From the NCBI RefSeq assembly GCF_018350175.1, contig NC_058368.1:110548001-110612000 (forward strand): DNA of 64,000 nucleotides, written 5' to 3'. A program made the translations under genes and the position numbers. This document shows, one piece after another, positions 13,478 to 26,505 of the stretch (the first letter of the stretch is position 1; the number at the start of each line of letters is the position of its first letter). Source of the DNA: Felis catus (lineage: Eukaryota). The notes below the pieces were generated by a model. That model saw nothing but the letters and a program-made list of their open reading frames with translations, was not told where the DNA came from and did no database searches.

Positions 13478-14366
13478 GCCTAGAAGTTCCCAACAGCTGG
13501 CATGAAGGAAGAAGGCACCAAGGCTTCAGTGTGCTAAGTCAATGAGGAAGAAGTCTCCTCCCTAGTGAAGTCCCCTCCCTCTCTTCTAGATCCTTCTAGG
13601 TGTGACCTTCCAGGGATCCCTGAGCTTCGTCCCTCTCTCACCCGTCCCCGCAAAAGGAAAGGGGAAGGAGGCATGTGAGATGTATAATAAATACCACTTC
13701 GCAGACTTGTATCCTCTCCCTTGAGAGAATGACCCCTCCAAGGCCCATTAACCCCTAGACATTGCCCCCTCCTCCCACTGTGCTGAGGTGCCCACAGAGA
13801 TAGTGTCAGAGAGACAAAGGTCTGGTGGACCAAGCTACCAAGGAGCAAGCTTCTGAGGCTGCAGGAAAACCTCACACAGAGAGACCACCAAACAGAAACA
13901 TATGGCCCCCCCCCAATCACAGAAAAACCCTTCATCCTGCAGCCCCATGTTGCTGGGACACCCTTCTCTCTTTGAGTCTGTCTTTTCATTCTTCATTCAT
14001 TCATTCATTCATTCATGCAAAAAGGCATCCACCTTGCACTCGGCTCCCCACTCCTTCCAGCAGGACAGACAGACAATAAACCAAACACAGCAGTGCCCAG
14101 TGGTCCATGCTAGGTCTGAGGTGTACTTGAGGGCCACGGGCACCACCCCAAGGAGAGACCTCTAGTCTCTCCTTCAAGGTCTAAAGGTGGCAGGAGTGCT
14201 TAAAGACACAGGAAGGAGTATTTAAATACACGGACTTCATAAAAGCACGACAGCTTGATGGTTAAGAACATGGGCTCTGAGCTCACCCAGAGATGGATTC
14301 CAATTCTAGCTCTAGTTCTTACTAGCTGAACATCTCTGGAGTTCGTTATCCCATCTGTAAAGTGGG

Positions 14367-14912
14367 TGTGGTAGGCAGTTTCTAAGATGGTTTTCAATGC
14401 TCTCCACCTCCTGTTTTCATGCCCCTGTGTGATCCCCTCTCCTTGAGGGTGGCTGAATCTAGCTTCTCAAGAATAGGATATGGTGGAAATGATAGAATGT
14501 CACTTCTAAGACTAAGTGATAGAAGGACTCTGGCTTCCTTCTTGAGGTCTTTCTCTTCTCTCTCTCTCCCCCTGCCCCACTTCCTTCCCTCTCCCACCCT
14601 CCCATTCTCTCAAGCTGCCATGCTGTAAGCAGCCCTGTGGAGAAGGAACTGAAGCCTCCAGCCCACAACAGAGAGCCTGGAGGCTGCCAGCCACCATGTG
14701 AATGAGCTGGGAAGTGGCCCCACTGCCAGCCAAGCCTTGAGACGACCCCAGCAGACACCTTGACGGCAGGTGACAGCAGTTTCATGAGAGATCCTGAGCC
14801 AGAACAACCAAGCTAAGCTCTTCCCAGAATCCTGACTCACAAAAAATATGAGACAATGAATGTTTGGGCTTTTTAATTGTACTTTGTTAGGCAGCAATGG
14901 ATAACTAACACG
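14367..14912 (+). mobile_element. MaLR solo LTR (MLT1E/F-like) inserted in a MIR
   Basis: Starts tgtggtaggcag..ctaagatgg and ends gcagcaatggataactaacacg; MIR core immediately upstream (14245-14366). Confidence 0.8.
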
Positions 14913-14986
14913 GTGTGGATAGCAGTGGGCTTGACACCATGGGCTTGACACGAGCACTAAATAGGCTAATGTAAGAAGAGCTTTTA

Positions 14987-15181
14987 TTTTTTGATGTTTA
15001 TTTATTTTTGAGAGAGAGAGAATGCAAGCGGTGGAGGGAGCAGAGAGAGGGGTACAGAGGATCCAAAGTGGGCTCCTCATTGACAGTAGAAAGCCCAATG
15101 TGGGTTCGAACTCATGAATGGTGAGATCGTGACCTTAGCCAAAGTTGAACATTTAACCAACTGAGCCATCCAGGTGCACCC
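14987..15181 (-). mobile_element. Can-SINE
   Basis: Reverse head 'ctgagccatccaggtgcaccc'; degenerate TSD aagaagagctttt / aagtagagctctt. Confidence 0.92.
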
Positions 15182-15351
15182 AAGTAGAGCTCTTAATATA
15201 ATACAGAGCATGGCACATAATAAGCGCTTACCCATATTACTAACTACCATTATAATAACGAATACCTGCTTCCAACAGGTGCTCCCACAAGAATGGGTCC
15301 TTTGGTGTTATTTTAGACACATAGCAAGTTGCCCGGAGATTCAAAGGTGCG

Positions 15352-15813
15352 TGTATCAGTTTCCAATTGCTGCTGTAACAAATTACCATAAATTTAGTGG
15401 CTTAAAACAGCACAAATTACCTTACAGTTCAGAAAGTCAGAAGTCCAAAATGAATCATACAAGACTAAAAGCAAAGTGTCAGCACAACTGTGTTCCTTCC
15501 AGAGACCCTAGAGAACGATTTCTTGCTTATTCCAGCTTCTGGAGGCTGTCCACATTCCTTGGCTCACAGTAGCATCACCCCAAACTCTGCTTCTGTTATC
15601 ACACCTCCTTCTCAGACTCTGAAAGTCCTGCTCTCTCTTAAAGGACCTTCGTGATTTCCTTGGGCTCACCCAGATAATCCATGCTGACCTCCCCAACTCA
15701 GGGCCAGCTTCACTACTCCTGCAAAGTCCCTTGCCAGGTAACAGAACGTGGTCACAGGCTCCGGGGATTAGAATAAGGACATCTTGGGGAGGGGCATGCT
15801 TCAGCCTACTACA
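15352..15813 (-). mobile_element. MaLR solo LTR (MLT1D-like)
   Basis: 'tgtatcagtttccaattgctgctgtaacaaattaccataaatttagtggcttaaaac' to 'ttcagcctactaca'. Confidence 0.88.
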
Positions 15814-16263
15814 TGGTTGTTCCCACTTGTTCTTGGAGTCTCCCTGTCTCCAGGCAAAGCATCTCGCAACCCGGCAGCTGTTGCTCCCACTAAGGGCTCC
15901 ACCACCCCCTCCTCTCAATGCCTTCCATGTCGCCATCACCTGACTCTTTGAAAATCAGGTTGAGATGGAAAATCGTGACACCGTATTCCTGCAGGACTGA
16001 ATTTAATAAGTGAAAACTTTGGTCCTCACACATTTCACAACACTTCAGGAAAACAAACAACATTTCCTCCCCTCCCCTGCTAACACCGTTATCAGCATGA
16101 AAACTCCTGCCTTCCATTCCAGTTGCTGCAAAGTTGCTCACATGAGAAAAGGTGAATTATTCAGTGCGGCGTTTAAGTGGCATTTAATATTTGATCAATT
16201 AGTATTCTTTGATCCGTGTCCTAACAGTAGGATGTCCCTGGCTCTGTAGCTTGCTCTTTCGAG

Positions 16264-16323
16264 GTGTGTGTGTGTCTGTGTGTGTGTGTCTGTGTGTCTG
16301 TGTGTGCGTGCGCACACACACAC
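16264..16323. repeat. (TG)n/(CA)n compound microsatellite
   Basis: TG run switching to a CA run at 16309-16311. Confidence 0.9.
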
Positions 16324-18308
16324 GGGGGGCAAAGAGGCTCACACACATGACCCACATCTAAAACACATCAGAAATACAAGCAGCCTGTGCAGCAGGAAGA
16401 GGGGGAAGCAGGGGTGAGACGTACAGGAGGTCGCAAGTTAGCCAAACGGACATCGCCCTGTGAACCCCCTGCCGGCTAGGCGCCCACAGGACTACAGGTG
16501 CCCCTGATCATCTTCTATCACAGTCACCCCCAAGTGACTCTGGGCAGCCCACGCCTAGCACACAGCACAGAAGCAACATATGTTCAAAGCAACACAGGAT
16601 CCAAACTTGGGGGCTTCAGTGGAACCTCCCCTTCCAGATCCCCTGCAGGATCTGGACCTTGCCCTCCACCTCCAGCCAAGCAGGGAGTGTGGAAGAGTTT
16701 AAGACGGTGAGTAAGTGCTCTTTGTCCTCAAAGGGGAGTTAATTAATCACCCTCACATGCACGTTCTTCCACTTTGCCAATTTATCACTTGCAGAAACTG
16801 AACTCTGAGATTTTTTAATTTTGGAGTGGAAATACTGCAAACGAAGGAATGCTGGCCCCTGACCCATGAGGGAGAATCCTGGACACAACACAGACACATA
16901 CCTATACACACAGAAACACGCATATGTATATACACATGCACAAACACCTACACACACTTGAGGCATCTCTCCAGCCAAGCACAGCCCATGGGGGGAGCTG
17001 AGGGCTGCTACCTGGCCTGCACCTGCAGCTTCCCTTCAAGGCTCCTGGGTGGGGAGAGAGGAATACTGGGAAGGGTGGGGCTCTGACCAGACGCAGCTTG
17101 AGGCCCAATCATATGGCAGCCCCTCCCCCTCCCCTAATTTCTGAATACTGCAGACCAGGTGTGCTGCTTAAAAAAACCAGGAGCAGTACTTTCACACCAG
17201 AATGAGACTTAAAGTTTCCGCACCTCTCCCACTGTGGTTTTCGTGGCTCCCTTCAGCTGTCCCAAACTGAATGAACAGAGGCTTTTGTTGGTTGGGTTTT
17301 ATTAACCACAATCATCAGCTACCTCCTGCATCCATCATTGATTGAGATAAATGACACTATTTTTTCTTCACACACACAAAAAATCTACGCCTAATGAAGT
17401 CTCTTTCATGCCACCGTCTTAGCAGTAAAGATAAATGAGAAACAATTTCTGAGTATCCATTATTTTAAATTACAGATATCAACCCTGATGCTGTTTTCCG
17501 GGTTTATTGAATTTTCATAGATGATCATCAGCTTCTACATTCTACACGTGTCACAGAAACCCGAACCCAAAGAGGTTGTATGGGCTCCTTTGAAAGCCTC
17601 AAGGGGAAGTGTCCCATTCCCCAGCCTCCCCAAGAACCCTTCCAGAAAGTTCCAATCTCTCTTGGCCAGACCCGGACAGACAAGGGGAAGGAGAAGAGAA
17701 ATTGGCAGAAGGAAAGTGAGAGAAGAGGAGGAGAGGGAACACCAAGAGGAGCTCATGGCCACATGGCTGCTTTCCTCAGCTGAACTGGGAGCCCCCCAGC
17801 TCCCAGGCACAGAAGCGTGTTCCGTCTATGAGTACAATAAAAAGATGGATGGGTGAATGGGCTAGGAAGGTCATTCTGAAGATTGCTATTTTTAGGGAGA
17901 GAGGAGGACAAAGGCTGAGCTTAGGACATCAGAGGGCTTGTGTGTGATATGTGAGGAAGCCCAGGCTGGGAGGCTGGCCATGGCCAGAATTTGTGCATCC
18001 TTCTAAGTGTGATCAGAGTCCGCTGGTGGATTTTAGTAGAGTGACCATAAAGGGATAATACCCACAAAGGTATAAACTGAATGGAAGATAAACAGCATCA
18101 AAATTTGAGAAGTTAGAAACCAGATAGTGACTGACCAGAGAAAACCAGGTCTAAGCCAGCGACAGGAAAAGGCTTAGAGCAACGCATTTGCACCTCCTCA
18201 ATCCCACATGGGCCCTGGAGTCAGAGGCCTCAGGCCCCTCTGACACTAGGGGTGCAGGGGGCATTCAAAATAGAAATACTACTTGAAAATCTATATAAAA
18301 AGCATCAG

Positions 18309-18525
18309 AGGGTACCTGAGTGGCTCAGTCAGCTAAGGGTCCTACTTTAGCTTAGGTCATGATCTCACAAAGCATGAGTTAGAGCCCTGCATTGGGCTCT
18401 AGGCTGACAGCTCGGAGCCTGGAGCCTGCTTCAGATTCTGTGTCCCTCTTTCTCTCTCTCTCTCTCTCTGCCCCTCCCGCACTCACACTCTGTCTCTCTC
18501 TCAAAAATAAATACTAAAAAAAAAA
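18309..18525 (+). mobile_element. Can-SINE (feliform type)
   Basis: Head gggtacctgagtggctcagtc, body gacagctcggagcctggagcctgc, CT tract, A tail. Confidence 0.95.
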
Positions 18526-18530
18526 GCATT

Positions 18531-18760
18531 GGGGCGCCTGGGTGGCTCAGTCTGTTAAGCGGCCGACTTCGGTTCAGGTCATGATCTTGCGGTTCGTGAG
18601 TTCAAGCCCCGCATCAGGCTCTGTGCTGATGGCTCAGAGCCTGGAGCCTGTTTCAGATTCTGTGTCTCCCTCTCTCTGGCCCTCCCCCATTCATGCTCTG
18701 TCTCTCTCTGTCTCAAAAATAAATAAACATTAAAAAAATAAATAAAATAAATTTTAAAAA
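18531..18760 (+). mobile_element. Can-SINE (feliform type, young)
   Basis: ggggcgcctgggtggctcagtctgttaagcggccgacttcgg..., CpGs retained; flanked by aaaaagcat on both sides. Confidence 0.97.
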
Positions 18761-19043
18761 AAGCATCAAGATCCCCACCACCCTCCCCTGCTTTCCACAG
18801 CTGAGAGTCGCACCACACACATATGCAGAAGCCTGGGAGATTGAAGGGTGTTCTCTGGGGCCCCAGGCCCAGCTGAGTGTAGAGCCCACAGGAAAATAAA
18901 TGAAGTCGAAGTCTACCTACCAAGTGGTAAGAATCCCGGCCCCCTTCCCCTGCCTAGTTCTGAAAACATCGTTAACTCGGCTCATAGGAGAACCGCCACC
19001 CAGGAAAAGAGGCTTACAGATACAGACAAATAAGGGTCCTTCT

Positions 19044-19413
19044 TTGCAACGGGGAGAATGAGTTCTCCCAAAATTCACAACTACCGAGAACCTCAGAATG
19101 TGATCTTATTTGGAAATCGGGTCTTAGATAAGACCACCCTGCTCACTAAAGCGGGCCCTACGCCCCATGAGAGTGTCCTTAAAGAGACAGAAAAGGATAC
19201 AGAGACACAAGGGCAATGGCCATGTGAAGACAGAGACTGTGCTGCCGTGAGCCAGGGACTACCAGGAGCCTCCTAGAAGCTGGAAGAGGCAAGGAAGGAT
19301 CGTCCCCTAGAGGCTGTTCAGGGAACGTGGTCCTACTGACCCCTTGATTTCAGATGGTGGCCTCCAGAAATGTTTGTGGTCATGTGTTACTGCATCCCTA
19401 GGAAACTAATACA
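19044..19413 (+). mobile_element. MaLR solo LTR (MLT1C-like)
   Basis: 'gaacctcagaatgtgatcttatttggaaat...gaagctggaagaggcaaggaaggat...ccctaggaaactaataca'. Confidence 0.85.
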
Positions 19414-20580
19414 CCACTCAATTCCAAGTATCCTCAGTGAAGCCCACTGCTAGACAACACACACCACACACTTCCAGTGTGCTATTTAGCACCTCACTCT
19501 TCAACACGTGTACAGCTCTGTGGGTCTTCTAGGCACGGGGCTTTGATTTCCATTCACCTCCTCCTAGAACATCAGGATAGTCTGACCCTTTTCCCGAAAG
19601 AGCAGGGCACAGAGTCCCAGCAGCTCAGACACCTTCTCCCCCTTGCTAAGCCATCTCCTGGACTCTGCTCTTCCCTGCTTCACCCCAGGAACATGAGAAA
19701 GGAAGACCTCAGAAACAACTTATGCCCACTTTCCTGCCCCCTTCCCTCCCCTATAGCCATGAGCCCTCGGAGCCCAGCTAATCATGGCAGCCCCCCCATT
19801 AAGCGCCATCCCTCCCCATCATGTGTTCCAGGGCACAGCCCTCCAACAAGTCTGAGCACCTAGATCCTGGCAGGTGCCGTAGAAGGATGTGGAAGCTATG
19901 CCCCAAAGCTCAGCCCTTGGGATCCAAGGGGACTTTTGGGGGCCTGCAGTGTCTATCCCTACCCCGTAAGTTAACCACGATGCCCTCCCTCCCCTCCACA
20001 CCCTCTCTGGGCCCTGGGGGAAGAGGAAGGGTGGCAGAGACTTGGAGAAATCCACAGCACCCAGAGCCCAGGGTCAAAGTCACAGTGTAGGGACCTCACA
20101 GAGCTAGGTGATTCCCTCCAACTCAGTGTCTGTGTATGGATGGAGAAACGGAGGCCAAGACAGACAACAGGGCTTGCATACATTTACAACACACCAAGTT
20201 CAATCAGTCATTCATTTAGCCACCAAGCATTTATTGATCTCCTACTTACTCCTGTTTGTCAAGTCCTAAACTAGACTGTGATGATATAGGGCTGGGGAGA
20301 AACATATATGCCCTCAAACAGCCCCAGTGTTACCACAGGAGAGGAGAATGTCAAGCAGCTGCAAGCCACACAGAACCTCCAGAGAACTTGTGTTTCTGCA
20401 CTGTGCACTCACACTTTGTGCCAGGACCCCTGCCCTGCCCCCACTACCTGCACAGCACCGCTGCTGGCTATGTCACCCCCAAATTGTCATAATTTATCCC
20501 CTCCTACCTCATTCATTCATACCCCAAGCATCATCGCAGACCCCAGGCAAGACCTGGAGCTAAAGAGACAAAAACATGTT

Positions 20581-20739
20581 AGGGCCGCCTTGGTGGCTCA
20601 GTCTGTTAAGCATCAGACATCAGCTCAGGTCATGATCTCACAGCCCATGAGTTCAGCCCGGTTTAGGGCTCTATGCTGACAGCTCAGAGCCTAGAGCCTG
20701 CTTTGGATTCTGTGTATCCCTCTCTCTCTGCTCCTCCCC

Positions 20740-20779
<40 letters not shown>

Positions 20780-20807
20780 AATAAACGTCGAAAAATTTAA
20801 AAAAAAA
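20581..20807 (+). mobile_element. Can-SINE (feliform type)
   Basis: Head, body gacagctcagagcctagagcctgc, (CT)n, A tail. Confidence 0.95.
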
Positions 20808-23800
20808 TGATAGTCCCAAACCCCAGAGACCCAACCATCATGCAGTGTCCCCACAGGGGACAGGGTGAGCTCTGGGTCCAGAAGGAACCATCAGAACTCC
20901 TCTGCTCTGGAGAGCCAGCCTGACCAAGCCAGTGGGGGTCTGGGAAAGTCAGAGCAGCCACTTGGGGTGAGGGGAGGAGAGAGGAGTGACCAGAACCAGA
21001 ACCAGAAGGGCCTTGAGTGGGGAGTTTGCGATGCTGTCACTCAGACAAAAACTGGCTGTTCCCAGTTTTGTTCTCATGCTCCAAAGCTGATTAGTGACCA
21101 TTACTCTCTCCCGCTTTACCAACTCCCTTGCTCCACTGGAGCTCCTTCCCCATTCCCTTGCTTGGTAAAAGGTGGTTATTTTTCTTTGTTCTTTCCCTGA
21201 GCAATCATCCCATCCTGGATGCTTCCCTGACTTCAGCACCAGGAGGTAAGTTACCTGTGGTGGCACTGAAGAGAGGCAGGGCGTTCAGCCTCGTATTTGT
21301 AAGCAAAGAACAGAGCTGGATCATTGATTTCCCACCCCTGCCCTCAGAACACTTCACACTGCACACAGGGTGGGCTGGCAGGGTCTGGAGCCTGCTTGCG
21401 GCCTGAAGGGCCCTTTCTCAGGGCCTACCCCTGACCAGCCCTGTAGTTCTGGGCATCCAGAACATCTTCTGCAACAGACTCCAGAGTGTTTGCAGAGCCT
21501 GAGGGAGAACACTCATGCAGATACAGCGGCGCAGCGTAGGGTTACCTGGGCCAAGAGGCGGCCAGATCCTACGCTCCTCCCAGAGAGCCAGAGCTCCTTC
21601 CCCAACCAACCAAGGGGCGTGATGCCCCACAAGCAGCCCCTGGCCCTGCAGGAGACTGACATTAGACCACCACGTATTGTTCCTCCTTCCAGAATAAGGT
21701 TTGGGGTCCCGGTCATGGTCTGCAAGCCTGCAAGGCCAGGCAGCCTCAGGCTGGAGCCCTTTGTCCCCCAAGCAGTTCTTAGGCCCGCCCAGGAAGCCAA
21801 GAGGCGGGTAGCTGCATCCTCGGGGGTCTCTGTTGCTCCAGCCTCAGGATGCCACCCCATCTAAGCACATCTTACTTAGGTCCCCAAGCAGAAAAGCAGA
21901 GGAGAAGCGCGTACAGACACATCACTCTGGCATCCAGGCCCTCGTGATCGGGCCCCAAAGGCAATGCCCCCGCTTCTGCAGCCCAGGCATCCAACAGCCT
22001 GGGTACCCCTGACATGGCTGCATTTTCCACCGCCAAGTCTTTAGCACTTGCTGCTGCACTCCCCTAGCACACCTTTCCCCTCCTATTTATCAACCCTCTG
22101 CCTACCTGAAGCATGAAGTGGCTCAGCTCCAGCCCCCACCCGTGGTTCATGAAGGCCTCAGGACCCTTCAGCTCGCCAAGATCAGGACTCACTGTGGCCC
22201 AGGCTCTGCACTTCACCAGGGGACTCAGAAATGGACAGCTAAGCCTCCTATGTGAACCGCAACACCCCACGTGGTGATTCTGTTTCCTCACTGGACTGTG
22301 AGCTCCTGGGGGCAGGCCTCCACCCGACCAGCACACCTGCAGAGGAGGCACGCTCTGCAGGTAAAACGTGTTCACAGAACCACTATCAGCTGGCACTGCA
22401 GTCTGTGGAGACATTCCTCATTTCATCCCCCACTCTGCAGGTGGAGAACGGCCCTTTCAGAATTGGAAAGGGGTCTGTGCACAGAGAAAAGCCCTAAGTG
22501 CTCATCCAAGGACAAAAAGAATGGAAAATGGGTCTTAGGCTAGGTACACCTGGGGTTTGGAAGCCTGGGAACGTGTCAAGCCTGCCCTGCCCTGCCCTGC
22601 CCCTTGGCCTACATACACCCCTTGCCTCATGCCTGCTTCAATTCTTGCTTATGCCCTTGCCCTCCCCAGAAACCTTTCCCTGCCTCACCACCAGCATCCT
22701 CGGGCCAAGGACATCTCCTCCTCCTCTGTCCTGCCCTCAGATGAGCCTGAATCTGGGTTCCTTCCTGTCCCTGGCTTTAAGAGGTGGCCCCAGGCACACA
22801 GAAAAGGGCTTTCTGGGCCCCTGAGTGGTATCTAGTCTAGCCACACCACTCTGCCCATGTCTCCTGTAGTTTCAACACTTGGGTCATCCAGAAATGCAAA
22901 GGCTCTGAGGTGTACCAAGCACCACACTGGTACTGAGGCAACAGCAGGAACTGGCAATGCAGTGGCCAGTCCAGGGAGGAATATGGCCATTGAGCAGGAC
23001 CAGGCCAGATGGCTTGCTTAGAGCCATCCTCACTCTGTCTGTCCTGCGGAAGGAGACGCCACTTCTACCCCCACAGACTCCGCCAGCTCCCCCAGCTTCC
23101 CCTACGTGCAAGAGAAGATGCCCCAGGACACAGCAGGCCACAGTCCCACCCCCAGCCGCAGGCCCCCTCGCAGCAAACCTGGGCTCTGGCAACTGTGCGT
23201 GTGCAGGGCCTCTGTTTTCAAGAATTTCTTTCAACTTTGCAAAATAATGACATCTCTAACATAAAAAATACAGAGCCCTTCGGCTGCAATCTGCTATTAT
23301 ATTTTTACTAGGACCCTCTGTTGAGCCAGAGTATAATCTGTAAGGTAATATAAGTGCTAATAATATTTTCCAGAGAAGCATTTCTCACTGTTACAAACAC
23401 AAACTGCTATTAGGGGTATATTTGTTAGCATTGATGAGACAAAGATTACCCGGCTTCTGCAACAAGATGAGAACAGGTTGATTTTTTTTCCCCCTCTAAG
23501 CTGTTCAGCTTCTGGGGCAAAAAAAAATTAACATAATGGGCTGAAAGTTCTACACAATTCCAAGTTAGCCTTAAAAATTCCTTTGCGATTCCTCTCCCGT
23601 TAAAGACTTTAAATACCTTTATTCTCTTTTAATAGAGCAATTCATCAATGTATTCCTCTAAAAGGTAAGTAATACAGATAGATTAGTCAGGGGGATGTGT
23701 TACACAAAGAGGAATGCTCCCTTCAGAATTAACATGCTAATACCATACCTGGCACTTAGTAGGGGCTTCATAAATGGACATTTTCTGAATTGATTGATTG

Positions 23801-26031
23801 CAATTCCCTAACATTTATGATATAAGACTTTTCAATATTAACTCCAAGAGTTAAAAAGTTAAAAATGCTTAATCATCATTTTCTGTTTAATTTTAAAGTT
23901 GGGTGAATGCTGAAGCTCTCGCGAATGCCTTTCCTCCCAGACATCGATCGCAGACTTTGACAGAGCGCCACCTACTGCCCGAGCCCCACCACCTCGGCTC
24001 ACCAGTTTCCATACCACCTAGAAGCACCTCAAGGAAACCCAGAAAAGGTGCGTTTCATCCTCAAGCACTCAGCCAGACTTCATCATGTCCCTACTATGTG
24101 TGTGGAAGATCCTGGAGAGACAGACAAGCTAGAACATATCCTTGCTCTGAGGTGTTCAGTCTACAGGAAAAATGACCAGAGAGGCACCACTAAATGGGGT
24201 AACAGCACCCCAGGAAGGGTCACAGGAGCCCTGCAGCCACCCCCCACCAAAAGCCCTTCCGATAAGGTGACTCTCCCTCATCCACTTGGACACCTTCACA
24301 CACACCCAGTACAGTCACCAGGTCTCTCAGGGTCCTGACCTCTGCCAGGACAGTGCTGATGGCCGGTCACTCAGGTCTTGGGAACTGTCCATTGAAGCAG
24401 CACCATGAGGGAAACTCACAAGAAGCACACAGAAGCTTCAGCAAATTTTCAACTCAGGGCTGTGCTCTACATGACACGCAGGTTGTATACTCGTGTCTGC
24501 AGAGACACAATTAAGCCATTGATCCTCGTGCAAAATGGGCATTGATAAATCAATATGGAGCTGATGGTGTAGATAAACAGTGCACGTCATCGGAAGGCAC
24601 GGCATGTGTAAGTGATTCAGTGCAGATTGGTATCAAGGGAAATTTTGCCTCAATGTGGCCGAAAAGCCAAATACTGTCAGGATATGTAGCAGCAGCTTTT
24701 GCACTAATTTATCGCTGTTCTCTGATTCATTCAACAAGCATAGATCGAGCACCTTTTTTGAGGTTCTGGCTGAGCCTGGGGACATGGACAATTGAGCTCA
24801 AGACCCAAGGCCACAGCTGCTGGAATATTCTTTCCTGCCTTCTGGGAGACAGGAGACCTGTCCTCTGCTGAATAGCCTAGGCTCTGGGCTAGGCACATGA
24901 TATACATACTTCTCAACCTCCCTATAGCCACTATAGTAGAAGTTCCCAGCCCAGGTTTACAACTGAGAAAACTGAGGCTCAGAGAGGCTCTTTGAACCCA
25001 GGGCTGCCAATTCTAAAGCCTAGATGCTTCTCTGACCTGGCTTATGCAATCAATATATTGGATCTGATCAGAGATCAGGCTATTTCCACAACCACAGAGC
25101 ATCTCCCTACCCCAGGCAGCCAAGCAGCTTTGAGCACATGAGAATGAGGATTCCTAGAAGCAGCCTTGCCTGACCTTGGAGGCACAGGTATGAGGCCAAG
25201 CTCTCTAGAAGGAGGGTGCACCAGAAAAATGGCCCCACACACTGCTGGATGCTACCAATAGCATTGGCCGCATCTCCCTTGCTAACAGAACCCAGTATCA
25301 TCCAGACACCCGTACAGTAGGAAGGCTGGCCCCTGTCCCAGCCCCACCACAGGATGTTAATCTGGATTAACCTTAAACCAATTAGTCATTTCATTCCTTT
25401 TGCTGACAACCAGTTTAGGAAGAGGCACATTACAAAATTCTGATCAAGGAGACATTGCTCAGGAGAACAAATGTGCCAGAGAAGCTCCCGGGAATGATTT
25501 CTTAGCTCTTAAATAGAGACACAGGACCATTTTTCACCTATTTGATGGGCAAGAATCCAAAAAGCTGAGAACATACTCGGTTGCTGTATGAGAAACAGGC
25601 CCTTTGTACACGGCTGGTGGGATAAACTGGTATAAACCCCAGGAAGGGCAATTGGCAACATCTGTCAGGGTCCCAAATACATATGCCTTTTGCCCCAGCA
25701 GCTCTAATTCTGGGAATTTATCCTGGAGGAAAACTAACAAATTTGTAGAAGGTATTATAATAGCAAATATGGAAACCACTGAAATGTCTATCAAGAGATG
25801 ACTGGTTCAACAAATTAGATTACATGCATATAACACAATATGACACAGCTATAAAATATTAAGGATGTACCTTGTATACCAAAATATTTCACTAGGTGGA
25901 AAAAAAAAAGCAGTATCCAAAAATTTTTAGGGTATGCTACCATTTGGGAAAAAAAATGGACGTGAGGTAGATAAAACCACACATTCATATTCGCTTTAAT
26001 ATGCCTCATCATATAAAAAGATTCTGGAAGA

Positions 26032-26256
26032 GGGAGCCTAGCTGGTAGAGCTCAGTCAGTAGAGCACGAGACTCTGGATTTGGGGGTTGTTAGCTTGAGT
26101 CCCACACTGGATGTAAAGATTACTTTAAAAGAATCTTTTTGGGGCGCCTGAGTGGCTCAGTCTATTAAGTGTCCAACTCTTGATTTTGGCTTGCATTGTG
26201 ATCCGTAAGATCAAGATCCGTGTTGGGCTCTGTGTTGAGCGTGGAGCCTGCTTAGG

Positions 26257-26297
<41 letters not shown>

Positions 26298-26375
26298 TCC
26301 CCTCCCCTACTCATGCATGCTCTGTCTCTAAAAAAAAAAAAAAAAAAAAAGGATAAATAAATAAAATCTTTTTTA
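26032..26375 (+). mobile_element. Short tRNA-derived Can-SINE with a second SINE in its tail
   Basis: Short form ending 'gtaaagattactttaaaagaatctttt'; perfect 17-bp TSD aaaaagattctggaaga at 26015-26031 and 26376-26392. Confidence 0.88.
26141..26360 (+). mobile_element. Can-SINE (nested)
   Basis: ggggcgcctgagtggctcag head, long (CT)n, long A tail; aatctttt repeated on both sides. Confidence 0.95.
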
Positions 26376-26505
26376 AAAAAGATTCTGGAAGAATAAACAA
26401 GAAAGTCCTATTAGTAAGTAGATAGGAGTAATAGAGAGACTTTTTATTGTATACCTCTTAAGTGTTTTAGATTTGCCAGGTTGTGTAACATATATTCAAA
26501 CAATC

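Larger units (their letters stand above)
18040..19510 (+). mobile_element. HAL1/L1ME-type 5' fragment, interrupted by two SINEs and an MLT1 LTR
   Basis: Colinear, diverged similarity to 27590-28310 (e.g. cccaggaaaagaggcttacagatacagac versus cccaagagaaaagaactaaagatactgat). Confidence 0.55.

Noticed and set aside
18542..18733. Recurrent 'MAQSVKRPTSAQVMIS...' ORFs suggesting a gene family
   Set aside because: These are translations of Can-SINE bodies.
21232..21250. TTCAGCACC REST/NRSF half-site
   Set aside because: The right half GGACAG is absent at canonical spacing.
26032..26125. tRNA-like sequence with A/B boxes (also 28835-28915)
   Set aside because: Degenerate tRNA-derived SINE heads with tails and TSDs, not tRNA genes.
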